A stretch of DNA of 64,000 nt from a virus, in IMG/VR virus record IMGVR_UViG_3300042876_000418, positions 25,962 through 89,961 of that record, one strand, 5' to 3'. Positions 37,518 through 47,616 of this stretch are shown here, piece after piece. Both the position numbers and the translations under genes were made by a program. Each line of letters opens with the position of its first letter. The stretch's first letter is position 1. Under the pieces are notes generated by a model. That model was not told the DNA's origin. It saw only the letters and a list, made by a program, of their open reading frames with translations, and did no database searches.

Positions 37518-38184
37518 GACCCGCGCCTATTGGATCGACAAAGCGAAGGGATGGGCCGAAGGATTCCTAACCCACCCGGACTACGGCGGATCGCCGCAAT
37601 TGGATGAATTCAACGCCGTCATGGATGAACTCATGGCGCTGTCCAATCAGCCCGTGACCACAATGCGCGTCAAGCTCAATTCGGATGATGTCAAGAATAT
37701 TGACGCCGCGATTGAGAAGGAATTCGACAAAATTGTGACCCCCGAGTTGAGAGAGGCGATCCGCGCGATTCCCGCTCCAATCCTCAATGTAGTCCAGGAA
37801 ATCCTGGCTACCATCCCGGACGCGTTCAATGATCAAGAGTCGCTGGATACCATTGTAGCCGCCATGAGAGACGGGCGCGGGGCGTACCAGTGGTATCAAG
37901 TCGCCAATAAGCGAAAAATTCAGCCGGCCATTTTGAAACTTGCCGCCCGGTTGTTGGAGGACGCCGCCGAATCGTATGGATCCCACGGCTGCAACGATTT
38001 TCACATGGAAGATACCCCGGAAAACCTCAGCCTTGTCAGTGAAGTTGCAAAACAAAACGGGTGGGACATTGACCCGCAAAACTTCAGGACAAAAAGATCA
38101 AACGGGGAAACTGTAATCATCGCAATGGATTATGAACTTATGGCCTATTGCGCCCATATTCTGAAAGAGGCCGCGAATGTCTGA
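37501..38184 (+). CDS. hypothetical protein
   Basis: 227 aa; GSHGCNDF motif. Confidence 0.7.
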   Translation: MPTSNKTRAYWIDKAKGWAEGFLTHPDYGGSPQLDEFNAVMDELMALSNQPVTTMRVKLNSDDVKNIDAAIEKEFDKIVTPELREAIRAIPAPILNVVQEILATIPDAFNDQESLDTIVAAMRDGRGAYQWYQVANKRKIQPAILKLAARLLEDAAESYGSHGCNDFHMEDTPENLSLVSEVAKQNGWDIDPQNFRTKRSNGETVIIAMDYELMAYCAHILKEAANV

Positions 38185-39121
38185 TGAACGCCCCGAAACA
38201 TGCCCGAACTGCCATGCGCCTGTAGTGTGCTGCAAGTGCCTGGAAGAGTTAGAGTCGCTGATTGCTACGCTTCAGGGTGGAGTAAGCAACGAATCGAACT
38301 TGACGCTTATCCTAAACGATATCGAAAGCACATCGGATGATCTATTGACTTACTCGGACGGTGACGTTACCGCAAAAGTTTACGGCAATATGGGCCTGGG
38401 GATCGACGCCGAAACCTACGCCCGTTATCTGGCCCTGTGTGCGACTCTCGTGCCGTCCCTGCTGAAAGAGCGGGAAAGTACGCTTACTTTTCGGGATGCG
38501 CTTACTACGCAATTTGAACAAATGACCGCTGAAAAAGACGGGGCGTATCACGAGCGCAATCAGGTTGTAGCCTTCCTGTCCAAGCTATTCCCCGCCAGTT
38601 TAGAGCGCCACACCGGCGCGGATTGGGGGCCGGATTGGCAGTGGGTGGTTATCATCGACACGCCAGCGGGGCAGGTAAGTTGGCACGTCAAAAGCGATGA
38701 ATTGGGGTTGTTCGATCACCTTCAACGTGAGGCCGGGCGTACTTGGGACGGGCACACCACTGACGAAAAGTACGCAAGATTGGTCGGGATGGGGCCGCAA
38801 CCGTTGACCCTCGGCACGCCAGTCATGACCGCCCAAGAGTGGGGCAGCCTGAGTGCACAGGCCCGGCACAATCTCAACGTGTGGGCGATGAACGCGAATC
38901 GCACGTCCGAGGAATTGGAGCGGGCACAAGACAAGCTGAATCGAATCCTTGAGATATGCAAAACCTCTCTCAGCTTCCAAATGCGCGATGTTGAGCGTAT
39001 TATCACCGGGCAAAGCACAGACCCAATAGATATCGAGCAGATTGTCAACGGCAGCGACGCTACGCCGGGAGATATTAGGCAGGTAGTGGAGGGGATGAAG
39101 CGGGCGGTAGATCATGAGTGA
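38177..39121 (+). CDS. protein with a WDGH-motif domain
   Basis: AYHERN..IDTPAGQVSWH..WDGHTTDEKY. Confidence 0.7.
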   Translation: MSDERPETCPNCHAPVVCCKCLEELESLIATLQGGVSNESNLTLILNDIESTSDDLLTYSDGDVTAKVYGNMGLGIDAETYARYLALCATLVPSLLKERESTLTFRDALTTQFEQMTAEKDGAYHERNQVVAFLSKLFPASLERHTGADWGPDWQWVVIIDTPAGQVSWHVKSDELGLFDHLQREAGRTWDGHTTDEKYARLVGMGPQPLTLGTPVMTAQEWGSLSAQARHNLNVWAMNANRTSEELERAQDKLNRILEICKTSLSFQMRDVERIITGQSTDPIDIEQIVNGSDATPGDIRQVVEGMKRAVDHE

Positions 39122-39434
39122 AAAGCCTAAGCCAGAATGGACCCCGACTCGCCCAATCGTGACGGCGATTGAAGCGAGCCACCCGATATACTGGCTGTAC
39201 TTCCATACCGGGCGTCAATTCGTACTGCGGGCCACGACCTACACATTTGAGAACGGGCGCTACTATTCCCGTAAACTTTATGCCACCTATTCGGGCGCAC
39301 AGGCTTACCGGGTGCATCAATACTTGTTGAGTTATCCGAATTACAATCAAACAACCTGGAGTCAAGCAAAGAATGAGTATTGGCTTGATACTGGAATCGT
39401 TATCGGTAAAGAAACAACGGAGAGTAAATCATGA
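39114..39434 (+). CDS. hypothetical protein
   Basis: 106 aa, coupled to neighbours. Confidence 0.6.
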   Translation: MSEKPKPEWTPTRPIVTAIEASHPIYWLYFHTGRQFVLRATTYTFENGRYYSRKLYATYSGAQAYRVHQYLLSYPNYNQTTWSQAKNEYWLDTGIVIGKETTESKS

Positions 39435-40621
39435 GTCGATCACAAGAAAGCCTATTTGAAGGTGCGCGTATGTCGTTAGATGACAGTATCGAGTATACCG
39501 TCATGTCAATCCTGGCCTATGCCACCACCCATAAACACTGGTCAATCTCATTCAGTGGAGGCAAAGATTCGAGCGCCACCCTTGCGATCGTCCTGTACCT
39601 GATTGAGACCGGGCGCGTGCCTAAGCCTGAGACATTGACCGTCCTCTATGCCGATACCGGGCTGGAGTTGTTGCCCCTGCATCATTCGGCTATGCTGATT
39701 TTGGATGAAGTGAAACGACGCGGGTACCGGGTGCGGATTGTCAAGACCGATCTTGACCGCCGCTTTTTCGTGTATATGTTCGGGCGGGGGATTCCGCCGC
39801 CCAGCCCGACGTTTCGTTATTGCGTTGGAAACTTGAAGATCGTGCCGATGGTAGCTGCCCTAAATGAACTGCGGGCCGAAACGGGCGAGAAATTCCTGAG
39901 TATGATTGGCGTCCGGTTGGGCGAAAGCGCCGCGCGTGACGCTCGAATCTCAATCGCCTGTGGCAAGGATGCCGAATGCGGGCAGGGCTACTATCAAGAG
40001 ACAACCCCGGCGTCTGTAGCTGACGTCATGGCCCCGATCATCCATTGGCGGGTGTGCCACGTGTGGGATCTACTGGAAGGCTATGGCCCCAATCACGGCT
40101 TGCCAACGCAAGGAATATCGTCAATCTACGGGCAGGGTACCGACCTGGAGGACAAAGACTCCCGCACGGGATGTACTGAATGCAACGTTGCGAGTAAAGA
40201 CGTTGCGCTTGATCGAATCCTGGTGCAGAAAGACTGGCAGTACCTAACTCCGCTCAAACGGCTGAAACCGATCTATGCGGAATTGAGAACCCCGCCGCGC
40301 CGTCTACGCAAGGTACAGGCAGAGCGCAAAGCGGATGGCAGTCTGGTATCCAACCTTCACCGGATTGGCCCGCTCACGATTGACGCCCGGCTATGGGGAT
40401 TGTCCGAAGTCCTCAGAATCCAGGACGAAATCAACACCTATGCCCAGGCCAATGACCGCCCGGTAATCTCGCTAATCGACCCCGAAGAGCACGCCCGAAT
40501 CTTGGAGCTTATCGCCGCAAATACCTGGCCTGACAAATGGACAGGAGAAGAGGAATCGGGTGACGTTCCATTTGACCGGGTGATTAGCGAAGGTATCATT
40601 CAACCGTTGTTAATAAAGTGA
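39431..40621 (+). CDS. PAPS-reductase/DndC-like PP-loop protein
   Basis: SFSGGKDSS, ADTGLE, RYCVGNLK, GVRLGESAAR, RTGCTEC. Confidence 0.88.
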   Translation: MSRSQESLFEGARMSLDDSIEYTVMSILAYATTHKHWSISFSGGKDSSATLAIVLYLIETGRVPKPETLTVLYADTGLELLPLHHSAMLILDEVKRRGYRVRIVKTDLDRRFFVYMFGRGIPPPSPTFRYCVGNLKIVPMVAALNELRAETGEKFLSMIGVRLGESAARDARISIACGKDAECGQGYYQETTPASVADVMAPIIHWRVCHVWDLLEGYGPNHGLPTQGISSIYGQGTDLEDKDSRTGCTECNVASKDVALDRILVQKDWQYLTPLKRLKPIYAELRTPPRRLRKVQAERKADGSLVSNLHRIGPLTIDARLWGLSEVLRIQDEINTYAQANDRPVISLIDPEEHARILELIAANTWPDKWTGEEESGDVPFDRVISEGIIQPLLIK

Positions 40622-40627
40622 GGGCAC

Positions 40628-40951
40628 ATGGCAATAGAAAGCAGAGAAATTGAAGTCGATAATCGCATACTCAAGTTGTTCGGGGAATGCGTGGCGGTGT
40701 GCTGGCGCTTCAGAACCGTCAAGAAAACGCTTATCCAGGATGGTATTGAATTTACAGCCAACATACATGAGAAGGAAAACGACCCGTTCATAGATTTTGT
40801 TGCGATCAATCGTGATGTTGATTCCGGTCTGTGGTACAAAGACGACGATTCCCCCGTGTCCGGCGGGCTGAGTGTCGAATTTGCGGAGCAGATCGCCGCC
40901 GAACTGGCCGCCGCGATTGCATACATAAGGGAACTGGAGAAGAAAGCATGA
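40628..40951 (+). CDS. hypothetical protein
   Basis: GAGGG RBS. Confidence 0.65.
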   Translation: MAIESREIEVDNRILKLFGECVAVCWRFRTVKKTLIQDGIEFTANIHEKENDPFIDFVAINRDVDSGLWYKDDDSPVSGGLSVEFAEQIAAELAAAIAYIRELEKKA

Positions 40952-41589
40952 CTCAAACCTGTAGATGTGGGCACAAAGAATCCTGTCATTTTCCCCGCCG
41001 CAATACGCCTGGTCAATGCGAATTCTGCGACTGCCGGGAGTTCGTTGACGTAACCGACACCCTGACCGCCGGCGAACAGGCGCAAATCCTGGCCTATATC
41101 CGCCGTCAACCGGGGGAACCCGCCGATATGAATAGCCTGCCCGCCTGGCTGCTGGAGTTGGAGCGCACACGGTTGCAGCACAATCTGACCGCCGAAGAGA
41201 ATCGCCGGCTCAATGTCCAGGTAACCGAGCTTGTCACCACGATCAACGGCATGGTAGAGGGCCGCAACGCCGAACGCGCCGGGCTGAAGAATGAAATAGC
41301 CGACCTCACCGCCCAGCACGAGCGCGAAATTCAGCGGTACAACGAGCAGGCAGAGAAAATCAAGTCTCAATCCGAAACGATTGAATACTTCAAGCAGTCT
41401 ATAGAGGAGGACGCGCTTGTTAGTTCTAGTCATCAAAACACGATCAAGTCACAGGCCGCGCAAATCGCGGAATTCGAGAAAGCCCTGAGCGGGGCCGGGT
41501 TTGAAATCTACCACGACCCGGACGGTCGAATCGGGTTGAAAAATCACGAGTGTATTTATGTTCCGTTACCGGAGGTGAAGAATGGATGA
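40948..41589 (+). CDS. Zn-finger plus coiled-coil protein
   Basis: CRCGH..H..CEFCDC then heptad repeats. Confidence 0.7.
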   Translation: MTQTCRCGHKESCHFPRRNTPGQCEFCDCREFVDVTDTLTAGEQAQILAYIRRQPGEPADMNSLPAWLLELERTRLQHNLTAEENRRLNVQVTELVTTINGMVEGRNAERAGLKNEIADLTAQHEREIQRYNEQAEKIKSQSETIEYFKQSIEEDALVSSSHQNTIKSQAAQIAEFEKALSGAGFEIYHDPDGRIGLKNHECIYVPLPEVKNG

Positions 41590-42616
41590 ACCGAAACCGT
41601 GTCCATCTTGCGGCAAACAACCCGTAAAAGATGAAACAGACAAAGGGATTTATGTGCATTGCGGGAACAAGGGATGCCCGCTCAGGATGATTGAGTTTGT
41701 TTTCGATGCGTGGCAATCGCGCCCGATTGAGGACGCCCAGGCAGAACAGATCAAGCGGCAGGTGGGGCGAATATCTGAACTCGAATCCGATCTTGCCAAC
41801 CTGCGCGATACCCGCAATGCCGAGCCGGGCGCGTCCCTGGCTAATAGCCTGAATGCCTGCAACGTTGAATGGGCGTTTAGTCTCAAGAATCGCGTAGCTG
41901 AGTTGGAACAGTTGATCGAGATGCAGCACAGGCGCACGGTTGAGGCTGATAAGCGCTATCAGGCCGCGAATAAGGTAGACTACCTGCCCGACTTGGGCGA
42001 TCTGGTGCGGTGGCTAATGGAGCAGGCGGATAAGGCAGAGGCAAGGACGGTGGAGTTGGATCGAATCGTAGCCGTAGCCAACGACACCGCCTCTTGCTAT
42101 CTTGAATTACCGGACGCCACGACTCAGCAAGCATGGCGCGATTCGATGTGGCGACTCACTCAGGCCCTGCGCGGGGCAGGGTACCAGTACAAGCACAATA
42201 ACTTAGATTGGCGCGGCTCAATCTTCAAGGAACTGAATGACGCCGGATTTTACCCCAACTCAGCCAATGCTTACGACGCCGGCGCGCGTTTCGTTTATGA
42301 TCCTAACGCCGATAAGGATAACCCCGCGCGGGTGTTCGGGAACGCCACGGGGCCGACAATCGCTGAGATTGTCAAAGAGTGGCTGGCAGGAAAGTGGACT
42401 CCGATCTGGGACGGTAAACCAAAGAAAGAGGACGCCTATAAAGACTTCTTGGTTATTGGGCACGGTATGAAGGGCGGGCATTGGGGCGAATACTCCATTC
42501 AAAAAGTCGAATGGGACGGGTTAGACTTTTCTGAAAGGGCGTGGATTGGCGCTGAAAGCGTAGAAATATTCTATTGGATGGCACTGCCAAAACTACCGGA
42601 GGACATCAATGCCTAA
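41582..42616 (+). CDS. mosaic protein (Lar-like Zn ribbon, coiled coil, DUF551-like end)
   Basis: PKPCPSCG..C..C; C-terminal YWMALPKLPE. Confidence 0.7.
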   Translation: MDEPKPCPSCGKQPVKDETDKGIYVHCGNKGCPLRMIEFVFDAWQSRPIEDAQAEQIKRQVGRISELESDLANLRDTRNAEPGASLANSLNACNVEWAFSLKNRVAELEQLIEMQHRRTVEADKRYQAANKVDYLPDLGDLVRWLMEQADKAEARTVELDRIVAVANDTASCYLELPDATTQQAWRDSMWRLTQALRGAGYQYKHNNLDWRGSIFKELNDAGFYPNSANAYDAGARFVYDPNADKDNPARVFGNATGPTIAEIVKEWLAGKWTPIWDGKPKKEDAYKDFLVIGHGMKGGHWGEYSIQKVEWDGLDFSERAWIGAESVEIFYWMALPKLPEDINA

Positions 42617-42938
42617 ATTTTCCCGTGAGCAGATCGAACGAATGGACCCCGCCGCGCTGAGGCTGGAGATTGCGGCGTGTCTAAATTTCAAGGCGCACGA
42701 CGAAAGCGGATTGCCGAACGTGATGCCCGATTGGCCCGCCGATCTCAATGCAGTATCCGAACTGTTCAAAGATATTCCGGCCTGGCAAAGTGGCAAGGCC
42801 CCGAACAGTATGTATTGGTGTGAGATTTATAACCCTATCGTCAATCCAGTCAACGAGGTACCTAATAGGCTTTACTACTCAAAAACAGAGGCGTTAGCCC
42901 GGTGTAAAGCATGGTTATGGAGGGCTATCAACAAATGA
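42609..42938 (+). CDS. phage ABA-sandwich-like protein
   Basis: LRLEIAACL..PDWPADLNA..ARCKAWL. Confidence 0.65.
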   Translation: MPKFSREQIERMDPAALRLEIAACLNFKAHDESGLPNVMPDWPADLNAVSELFKDIPAWQSGKAPNSMYWCEIYNPIVNPVNEVPNRLYYSKTEALARCKAWLWRAINK

Positions 42939-43339
42939 AACCTATCAACGAACTTACGCCTAACGAATTGCGACTTGAGATTGCCGCGCGGTTTGGATGG
43001 TACAAGCGAGACTGCGAGAGTAGCGTTATTCCTGGATATGTCCGAAAGGATGAATGGTATCACCCCGATCATGGATACGACAATCTGCCCGACTGGCCCG
43101 GCGATAACTCCGCCTACGATCTGGCTGAGAAAATGCGCGGCATGGGCTATAGTGTCTCAATCGAAATGTTGCAAGGGATGGACGCGCCATGCTCCGATAT
43201 TTGCCGGGCGATCAAGAACGGGAAGATGGTCTACCAATTCGCGGAAACATCCCGAATCGCCGTGTGTCGGTGCTTCCTGGAGGTTATGGAGCAGGCGTTA
43301 GGCGGGCGGGCTGAGTTTTACAGTGTGGTGAAAGAATAA
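42935..43339 (+). CDS. phage ABA-sandwich-like protein
   Basis: LRLEIAARFGW..LPDWP..AVCRCFL. Confidence 0.65.
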   Translation: MKPINELTPNELRLEIAARFGWYKRDCESSVIPGYVRKDEWYHPDHGYDNLPDWPGDNSAYDLAEKMRGMGYSVSIEMLQGMDAPCSDICRAIKNGKMVYQFAETSRIAVCRCFLEVMEQALGGRAEFYSVVKE

Positions 43340-43370
43340 AGGCAGGTCCATTACGGACCACCCTAGAATC

Positions 43371-43397
43371 AAAAGAGCGCCAATCCGGCGCTCTTTT
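43371..43397. terminator. bidirectional terminator
   Basis: AAAAGAGCGCC-AATCC-GGCGCTCTTTT between convergent genes. Confidence 0.85.
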
Positions 43398-43400
43398 CGT

Positions 43401-43706
43401 TTACCCATTCAGATTGTAGATTATCCCGACTCGCCTTTCGTTCTCCGCCTCTCTCTGCTCCCTTGCCTCTTCGCCTTCCCCCTCATCCGGTGGAATCATA
43501 CTGGAAATGATGACCGTCCCTACAGGCACCCAATCCGCGATCATAACGCGCACGCCGCAATACAGTTCGACTGGCGACCGTCCGGGCAGGGAGTACACGT
43601 CAACGGGCACGCGTGGGGCCAAGCCAATCAGGCGGGCCAGGCGTCCGAGTTGTTCATCAGCCTGGCTGGGGTTGAGGGGGATTGAACCTGTGATTGAGTC
43701 GTTCAT
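43401..43706 (-). CDS. hypothetical protein
   Basis: 101 aa, coupled to upstream gene. Confidence 0.55.
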   Translation of the reverse strand: MNDSITGSIPLNPSQADEQLGRLARLIGLAPRVPVDVYSLPGRSPVELYCGVRVMIADWVPVGTVIISSMIPPDEGEGEEAREQREAENERRVGIIYNLNG

Positions 43707-44338
43707 TTCCCCGCCTCGAATTCCAGAACAAAAACCCAGTCATTTTGTGCCCATGGGTACCCCCTGGCTGAGTTGATCTCATTCCATAGCATACAGTAGG
43801 AATACCGGTATCCTTGGCTTGTATGATGGACTCCCTCAGCCCTTGCGTCCTCTTCGCTGATATCCTGCAACCGCTCCAACCGGATGTTAGTAATCACCCG
43901 GCTAATCCGGCTGGCCCACCGCGGCATGAAGATCGAGGGTCGCCAGTCATAGTGAGAGTCGCGGGAATCGCCGGGGGTAATATCCGCGCGGTAGATAATC
44001 TTGCCCCGGAATCGTTCGGGGTCAAGGTTGGACGGTTTGGCGCTGGAGAAGGGAGTCGCCCACGTCTCTCGAAACCATAGGGTGTCACCAACTTTTCCGT
44101 ATGGACATTTGAACCCGGTTGCGGTAGGGTAAAGTTTTATCGTAGCCTCAGCCAAGTCGGGCGCGTCGTAACTCCATCCGATCCAATTCCCGCCGCCATC
44201 CTGGTGGAAAGACTTCGTTTCGGCCAATTCAACCGGATTCAGGCCGGGAAATTTAGCGACACGCCGGGTTTGTACTTTTGTGCCCGCAAGAATCGCGCGG
44301 ATCATTTCACCTGAGAATAAAATTGGGTGCTCTGTCAT
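43703..44338 (-). CDS. ASCH/PUA-like phage protein
   Basis: PILFSGEMIRAILAG.K.QTRR, CPYG..GD.LW.RETW, WRPSIFMPRWASRI. Confidence 0.8.
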   Translation of the reverse strand: MTEHPILFSGEMIRAILAGTKVQTRRVAKFPGLNPVELAETKSFHQDGGGNWIGWSYDAPDLAEATIKLYPTATGFKCPYGKVGDTLWFRETWATPFSSAKPSNLDPERFRGKIIYRADITPGDSRDSHYDWRPSIFMPRWASRISRVITNIRLERLQDISEEDARAEGVHHTSQGYRYSYCMLWNEINSARGYPWAQNDWVFVLEFEAGK

Positions 44339-44556
44339 ACTGCCTCACTTTCTATTTGCCCTGTGCTTACATTCAACTTGACGCCCTGGCATTCCAGGTA
44401 CTTGACAATCATATTAGGTCGCGTCTCAGTCCAATTCCAGCGTTTGGCGTAGTCCAGGCTTTGCCTCAAAGCAGACTCCGGCGATTCCGCCCATTCTTTG
44501 AGACAGATAACCGCTCGGGCCGGGCTATTGCGATGATACACATCGAATTCGCGCAT
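44335..44556 (-). CDS. hypothetical protein
   Basis: ATG 44556 after AAGGGAG. Confidence 0.55.
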   Translation of the reverse strand: MREFDVYHRNSPARAVICLKEWAESPESALRQSLDYAKRWNWTETRPNMIVKYLECQGVKLNVSTGQIESEAV

Positions 44557-44807
44557 GTTTCTCCCTTCAACTTTCGCCACCATATAATCCCCTTACGCGG
44601 GGTTGATCCGACATTGTGGTACCCGTTCCTTTCCTCCATCGGAATCGCGGGGATGTAGGATAAGCGCCGGTTACGTTTGAGCAGGCATCCCGCGCACACA
44701 AGCTCAAAGTGAAACGAGCGGTAGGGTCTGAATAAGCGAACGTTACTCCGTTTGCATTCGCAGCAGGTGTAACTTTTGTTGGTGATGTTGGGGCGGTAGT
44801 CATTCAT
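44466..44807 (-). CDS. Zn-finger hypothetical protein
   Basis: CCEC..CAGC; 3' overlap uncertain. Confidence 0.45.
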   Translation of the reverse strand: MNDYRPNITNKSYTCCECKRSNVRLFRPYRSFHFELVCAGCLLKRNRRLSYIPAIPMEERNGYHNVGSTPRKGIIWWRKLKGETCANSMCIIAIARPERLSVSKNGRNRRSLL

Positions 44808-45066
44808 GAAAGGTACCGTTTTCCTCTACGCCCGCTATGACCTTGATCCCGCCCAAGAATTTCACTTTCGAGTCAAACCACTTCTTGACGAATTCGTCAG
44901 TGGCGTCCTTCAGCGATGGGGCCAACGAAACGGCATAAGCCCGCTTTGCGTCGATATTGCGATCATGGGTGCCGTACTCAGGGTGATAGATCCAAGTGGG
45001 GATTGAGTGACCGGATTCGTCCTTGATATACTTTTGAAGCGCGATAGCATATTTTTTATTTGGCAT
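44800..45066 (-). CDS. hypothetical protein
   Basis: CTGGAGGGAAC RBS; promoter TTGATT-N17-TACACT at about 45093-45121. Confidence 0.7.
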   Translation of the reverse strand: MPNKKYAIALQKYIKDESGHSIPTWIYHPEYGTHDRNIDAKRAYAVSLAPSLKDATDEFVKKWFDSKVKFLGGIKVIAGVEENGTFHE

Positions 45067-45117
45067 AGGTGTTCCCTCCAGAACATGAATTCAGTGTATC
45101 ATAATATACACTGTAAA

Positions 45118-46035
45118 TCAAGAGGATTTCGCTTTGATCTGCAATGATTCCTCTTCCTTCATCTCAGCCAATTTAGCGTCGCGGGCGATTATGGCTTCTT
45201 CCAGTGTAGCGTGCCTACCCGCGCTTGTAGGCTTTCCGTTTATACGAATAATAACTCTCCACTTTTTAGGCTTCTTACTGGTGGCTTCGTAATAAATATA
45301 GCGATACCCGGACGTGTTGTTTTGATGAATATCAATTTTTTGATACTGAATCGATTCTAAGTCGTCTATATTTTTAGCGGCTTTCGCATAAGCTAATCCG
45401 GCCTCTTCCATAGTATCGAAATGACCTAATTTTTTTCTTTTATTATTTCTCGATATCTCAGCAAACCACTTTTTTGTGATTTTGTTGAAATAAACCCCGG
45501 TCGGAATATTACTATCTCTTTTTGGCTTTATCTTTTTTTGCGGTACAACAACACTATTTACGGTTTCCGAATCCATTCCGTTCCCAATAAAAAATTCACC
45601 TTGCATTTCTTTTGCAACCTTATCGTAAGCGGCGGCGGCAAGTTCTGCGGATTCGTAAGATCCAATATGGGTATATTTACCGTTTATTTTTATGCGGGCA
45701 GTCCATTTATTATGTCTCTTTGAATAATCAACCCCTCTGTAACCAGATGTGTTATTCGATTGTAAAGGACGGTTTATTTTGTTCTGACTGGAAGTAGATA
45801 GACGTAAATTTTCACGCTGGTTGTCGTGTCGAATTCTGTTTTTATGATCTGTTTCTTCGCCGTCTAGCAACTCCCTTCCTAGCTTTCTTGCAAGGATTAT
45901 CCTATGCATCAGCCCAACCCGCTGATTGTAAGCATAGCCCACTGTACTAACGGACCACCCCCAATCAGCCATATCCAAATCTTCGTCGCTTATAAATATA
46001 ACTTTTCCCGTTCTTTTTGTTTTTATTTCAATCAT
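45118..46035 (-). CDS. HNH homing endonuclease with AP2 repeats
   Basis: MHR..TDHKNRIRHDNQRENLR; NTSGYRGV..W.ARI..AYD AP2 x3; AT-rich. Confidence 0.92.
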   Translation of the reverse strand: MIEIKTKRTGKVIFISDEDLDMADWGWSVSTVGYAYNQRVGLMHRIILARKLGRELLDGEETDHKNRIRHDNQRENLRLSTSSQNKINRPLQSNNTSGYRGVDYSKRHNKWTARIKINGKYTHIGSYESAELAAAAYDKVAKEMQGEFFIGNGMDSETVNSVVVPQKKIKPKRDSNIPTGVYFNKITKKWFAEISRNNKRKKLGHFDTMEEAGLAYAKAAKNIDDLESIQYQKIDIHQNNTSGYRYIYYEATSKKPKKWRVIIRINGKPTSAGRHATLEEAIIARDAKLAEMKEEESLQIKAKSS

Positions 46036-46087
46036 AACTCCGCTCCTTTTAGTGTTATTTTCTCCCTTTATTTTACCACATATATAT

Positions 46088-46124
46088 AAAAAAAAGGTAC
46101 TCCATTTCTGGAGTACCTTTTTTT
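46088..46124 (-). terminator. terminator after major capsid
   Basis: AAAAGGTACTCCA/TGGAGTACCTTTT. Confidence 0.85.
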
Positions 46125-46148
46125 GAAAAAATTTTATCAAACGCGTTG

Positions 46149-47615
46149 TTACGCGGTCGGACTGTAATACGACGGGCTTGTGGTGTCTCCCTGCGTCTTT
46201 CCCCCGTTGACATAGTACGAACTCGAACTAAATGGCGAACGCTGGTGCATCAAGGGGGAATATCGGATGGACGACAACCGCCCGGCCAGGTACGGAGTGA
46301 GCAGGATCAAGCGCGGCTCGGTTTTGGCTAACAACTGCACGCAGAAGTTAGTCGGTGGCTTTTTATGCCACAAAAACCGCCCGTTATCCGTGGTATAGAA
46401 CGAGTCGTTCGGGGCGAACACCTTCGCCATATCCACGGGGCCGCCCGGCACGTCGTAGTTGAAGTATTCCATGAAGGTCACGACCTGCCCGCCCAAGACG
46501 GTCATGGGGATGAAGTACAGGTCGGCGGTAAACGTGCCGTCCTGATTTTCGGTCTCGGGGATACCGTCGTCAATCTTCACGGGCACTTTCATGCCGTCGA
46601 TCAAGAGGTACTGGCCTTCGTACTTCTCCAGATCGCCGCGCATCGCTTCACGCATGGCTTCCATGTCGCTGGCGGTGACGTAGTTGGTGGACCCGGTCGG
46701 GACCAGACCCTGAGCGCGGTAGGTCATGTAGGCAATCGGCCACACTTCCGTGATTTCATAAAACATCCCGTAAGGCATGGTGATGACCCAAGTAACCGGA
46801 GCGAGGCCGGACTTCTGGGCGATGTACCGCAGGTTACGAAACATATAGGTCACGTTCCGAATGAAGCCGGCGGCATTGGTACTGAGCAGGGCATTACCGA
46901 AACTGGTGATGTAGCTATCGGACGCCGGGCAGGCCGTGCCGGTCTCAGCGTCGCGGTAGCCGGTATTGACCAGGGTTTCCAGGCCGTAAAACTCTTTGTA
47001 CCCACCCTGCGCGGTGTTGTTGCTGGTTGCGCCGGTGTAGAGCTTTTTGGCGAAGTCACGGGACCAGGAAACGCCCATTTCATACAGCGCTTTGCTCACT
47101 TCGTTCTGAGCGATGGCATTGGCATTGAAGCCGGGCATGTTCGGCACGTTCGGGTTCGGAGCGCTGCCATTCAGGGCGTTACCGTAGACGTTGAAGTCCA
47201 GGAACTCACCCCGGTTGACAGTCTTGCCGGCCCGGTCGATATCATAGACCCGGCTCATGCGGCTGAAGCGCCCCAACACAAACTGGTGGGTGCATAGCTT
47301 CATGGTGCCCGCAGTCGGGGGATCATCGCAAACGCCGGTAGCCTCGCTACCAGCCGACGCGGTGACCCCGGTGATGATCCCGAACAGCGGGTTGGTCTCG
47401 TTGGTCGGGCGCACTTCCAGAATACCCTGGAGGCCCATCGTGGGGAGGACCATTGCCGAGAACAGCGGTTTGGACAGGCCGGGCGAAGAGAACAGGCCGG
47501 CAGGGCCGTGACCGTAGGACGCGGACGGAGTCGAGGAGACACCCTTGTACCGGGTGCCGGCCTGCTCCAACATAGCCATTGCTAATTTCTGATAATCGAG
47601 GTCTTTCGGATCCAT
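46149..47615 (-). CDS. major capsid protein
   Basis: 488 aa after protease/scaffold; strong codon bias; EFYGLETLV; followed by a terminator. Confidence 0.8.
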   Translation of the reverse strand: MDPKDLDYQKLAMAMLEQAGTRYKGVSSTPSASYGHGPAGLFSSPGLSKPLFSAMVLPTMGLQGILEVRPTNETNPLFGIITGVTASAGSEATGVCDDPPTAGTMKLCTHQFVLGRFSRMSRVYDIDRAGKTVNRGEFLDFNVYGNALNGSAPNPNVPNMPGFNANAIAQNEVSKALYEMGVSWSRDFAKKLYTGATSNNTAQGGYKEFYGLETLVNTGYRDAETGTACPASDSYITSFGNALLSTNAAGFIRNVTYMFRNLRYIAQKSGLAPVTWVITMPYGMFYEITEVWPIAYMTYRAQGLVPTGSTNYVTASDMEAMREAMRGDLEKYEGQYLLIDGMKVPVKIDDGIPETENQDGTFTADLYFIPMTVLGGQVVTFMEYFNYDVPGGPVDMAKVFAPNDSFYTTDNGRFLWHKKPPTNFCVQLLAKTEPRLILLTPYLAGRLSSIRYSPLMHQRSPFSSSSYYVNGGKTQGDTTSPSYYSPTA

Positions 47616-47616
47616 G

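Noticed and set aside
39431-40621. Complete Dnd phosphorothioation system
   Set aside because: No dndB/D/E or cysteine desulfurase visible in the window
40600-41436. 278-aa minus-strand ORF and similar long shadow ORFs
   Set aside because: Antisense to well-coupled plus-strand genes, with no independent signals
46365-47297. 310-aa plus-strand ORF antisense to the capsid gene
   Set aside because: No motifs, RBS or promoter; expected shadow of a strongly codon-biased gene, unlike the nested endonuclease, which has clear domains
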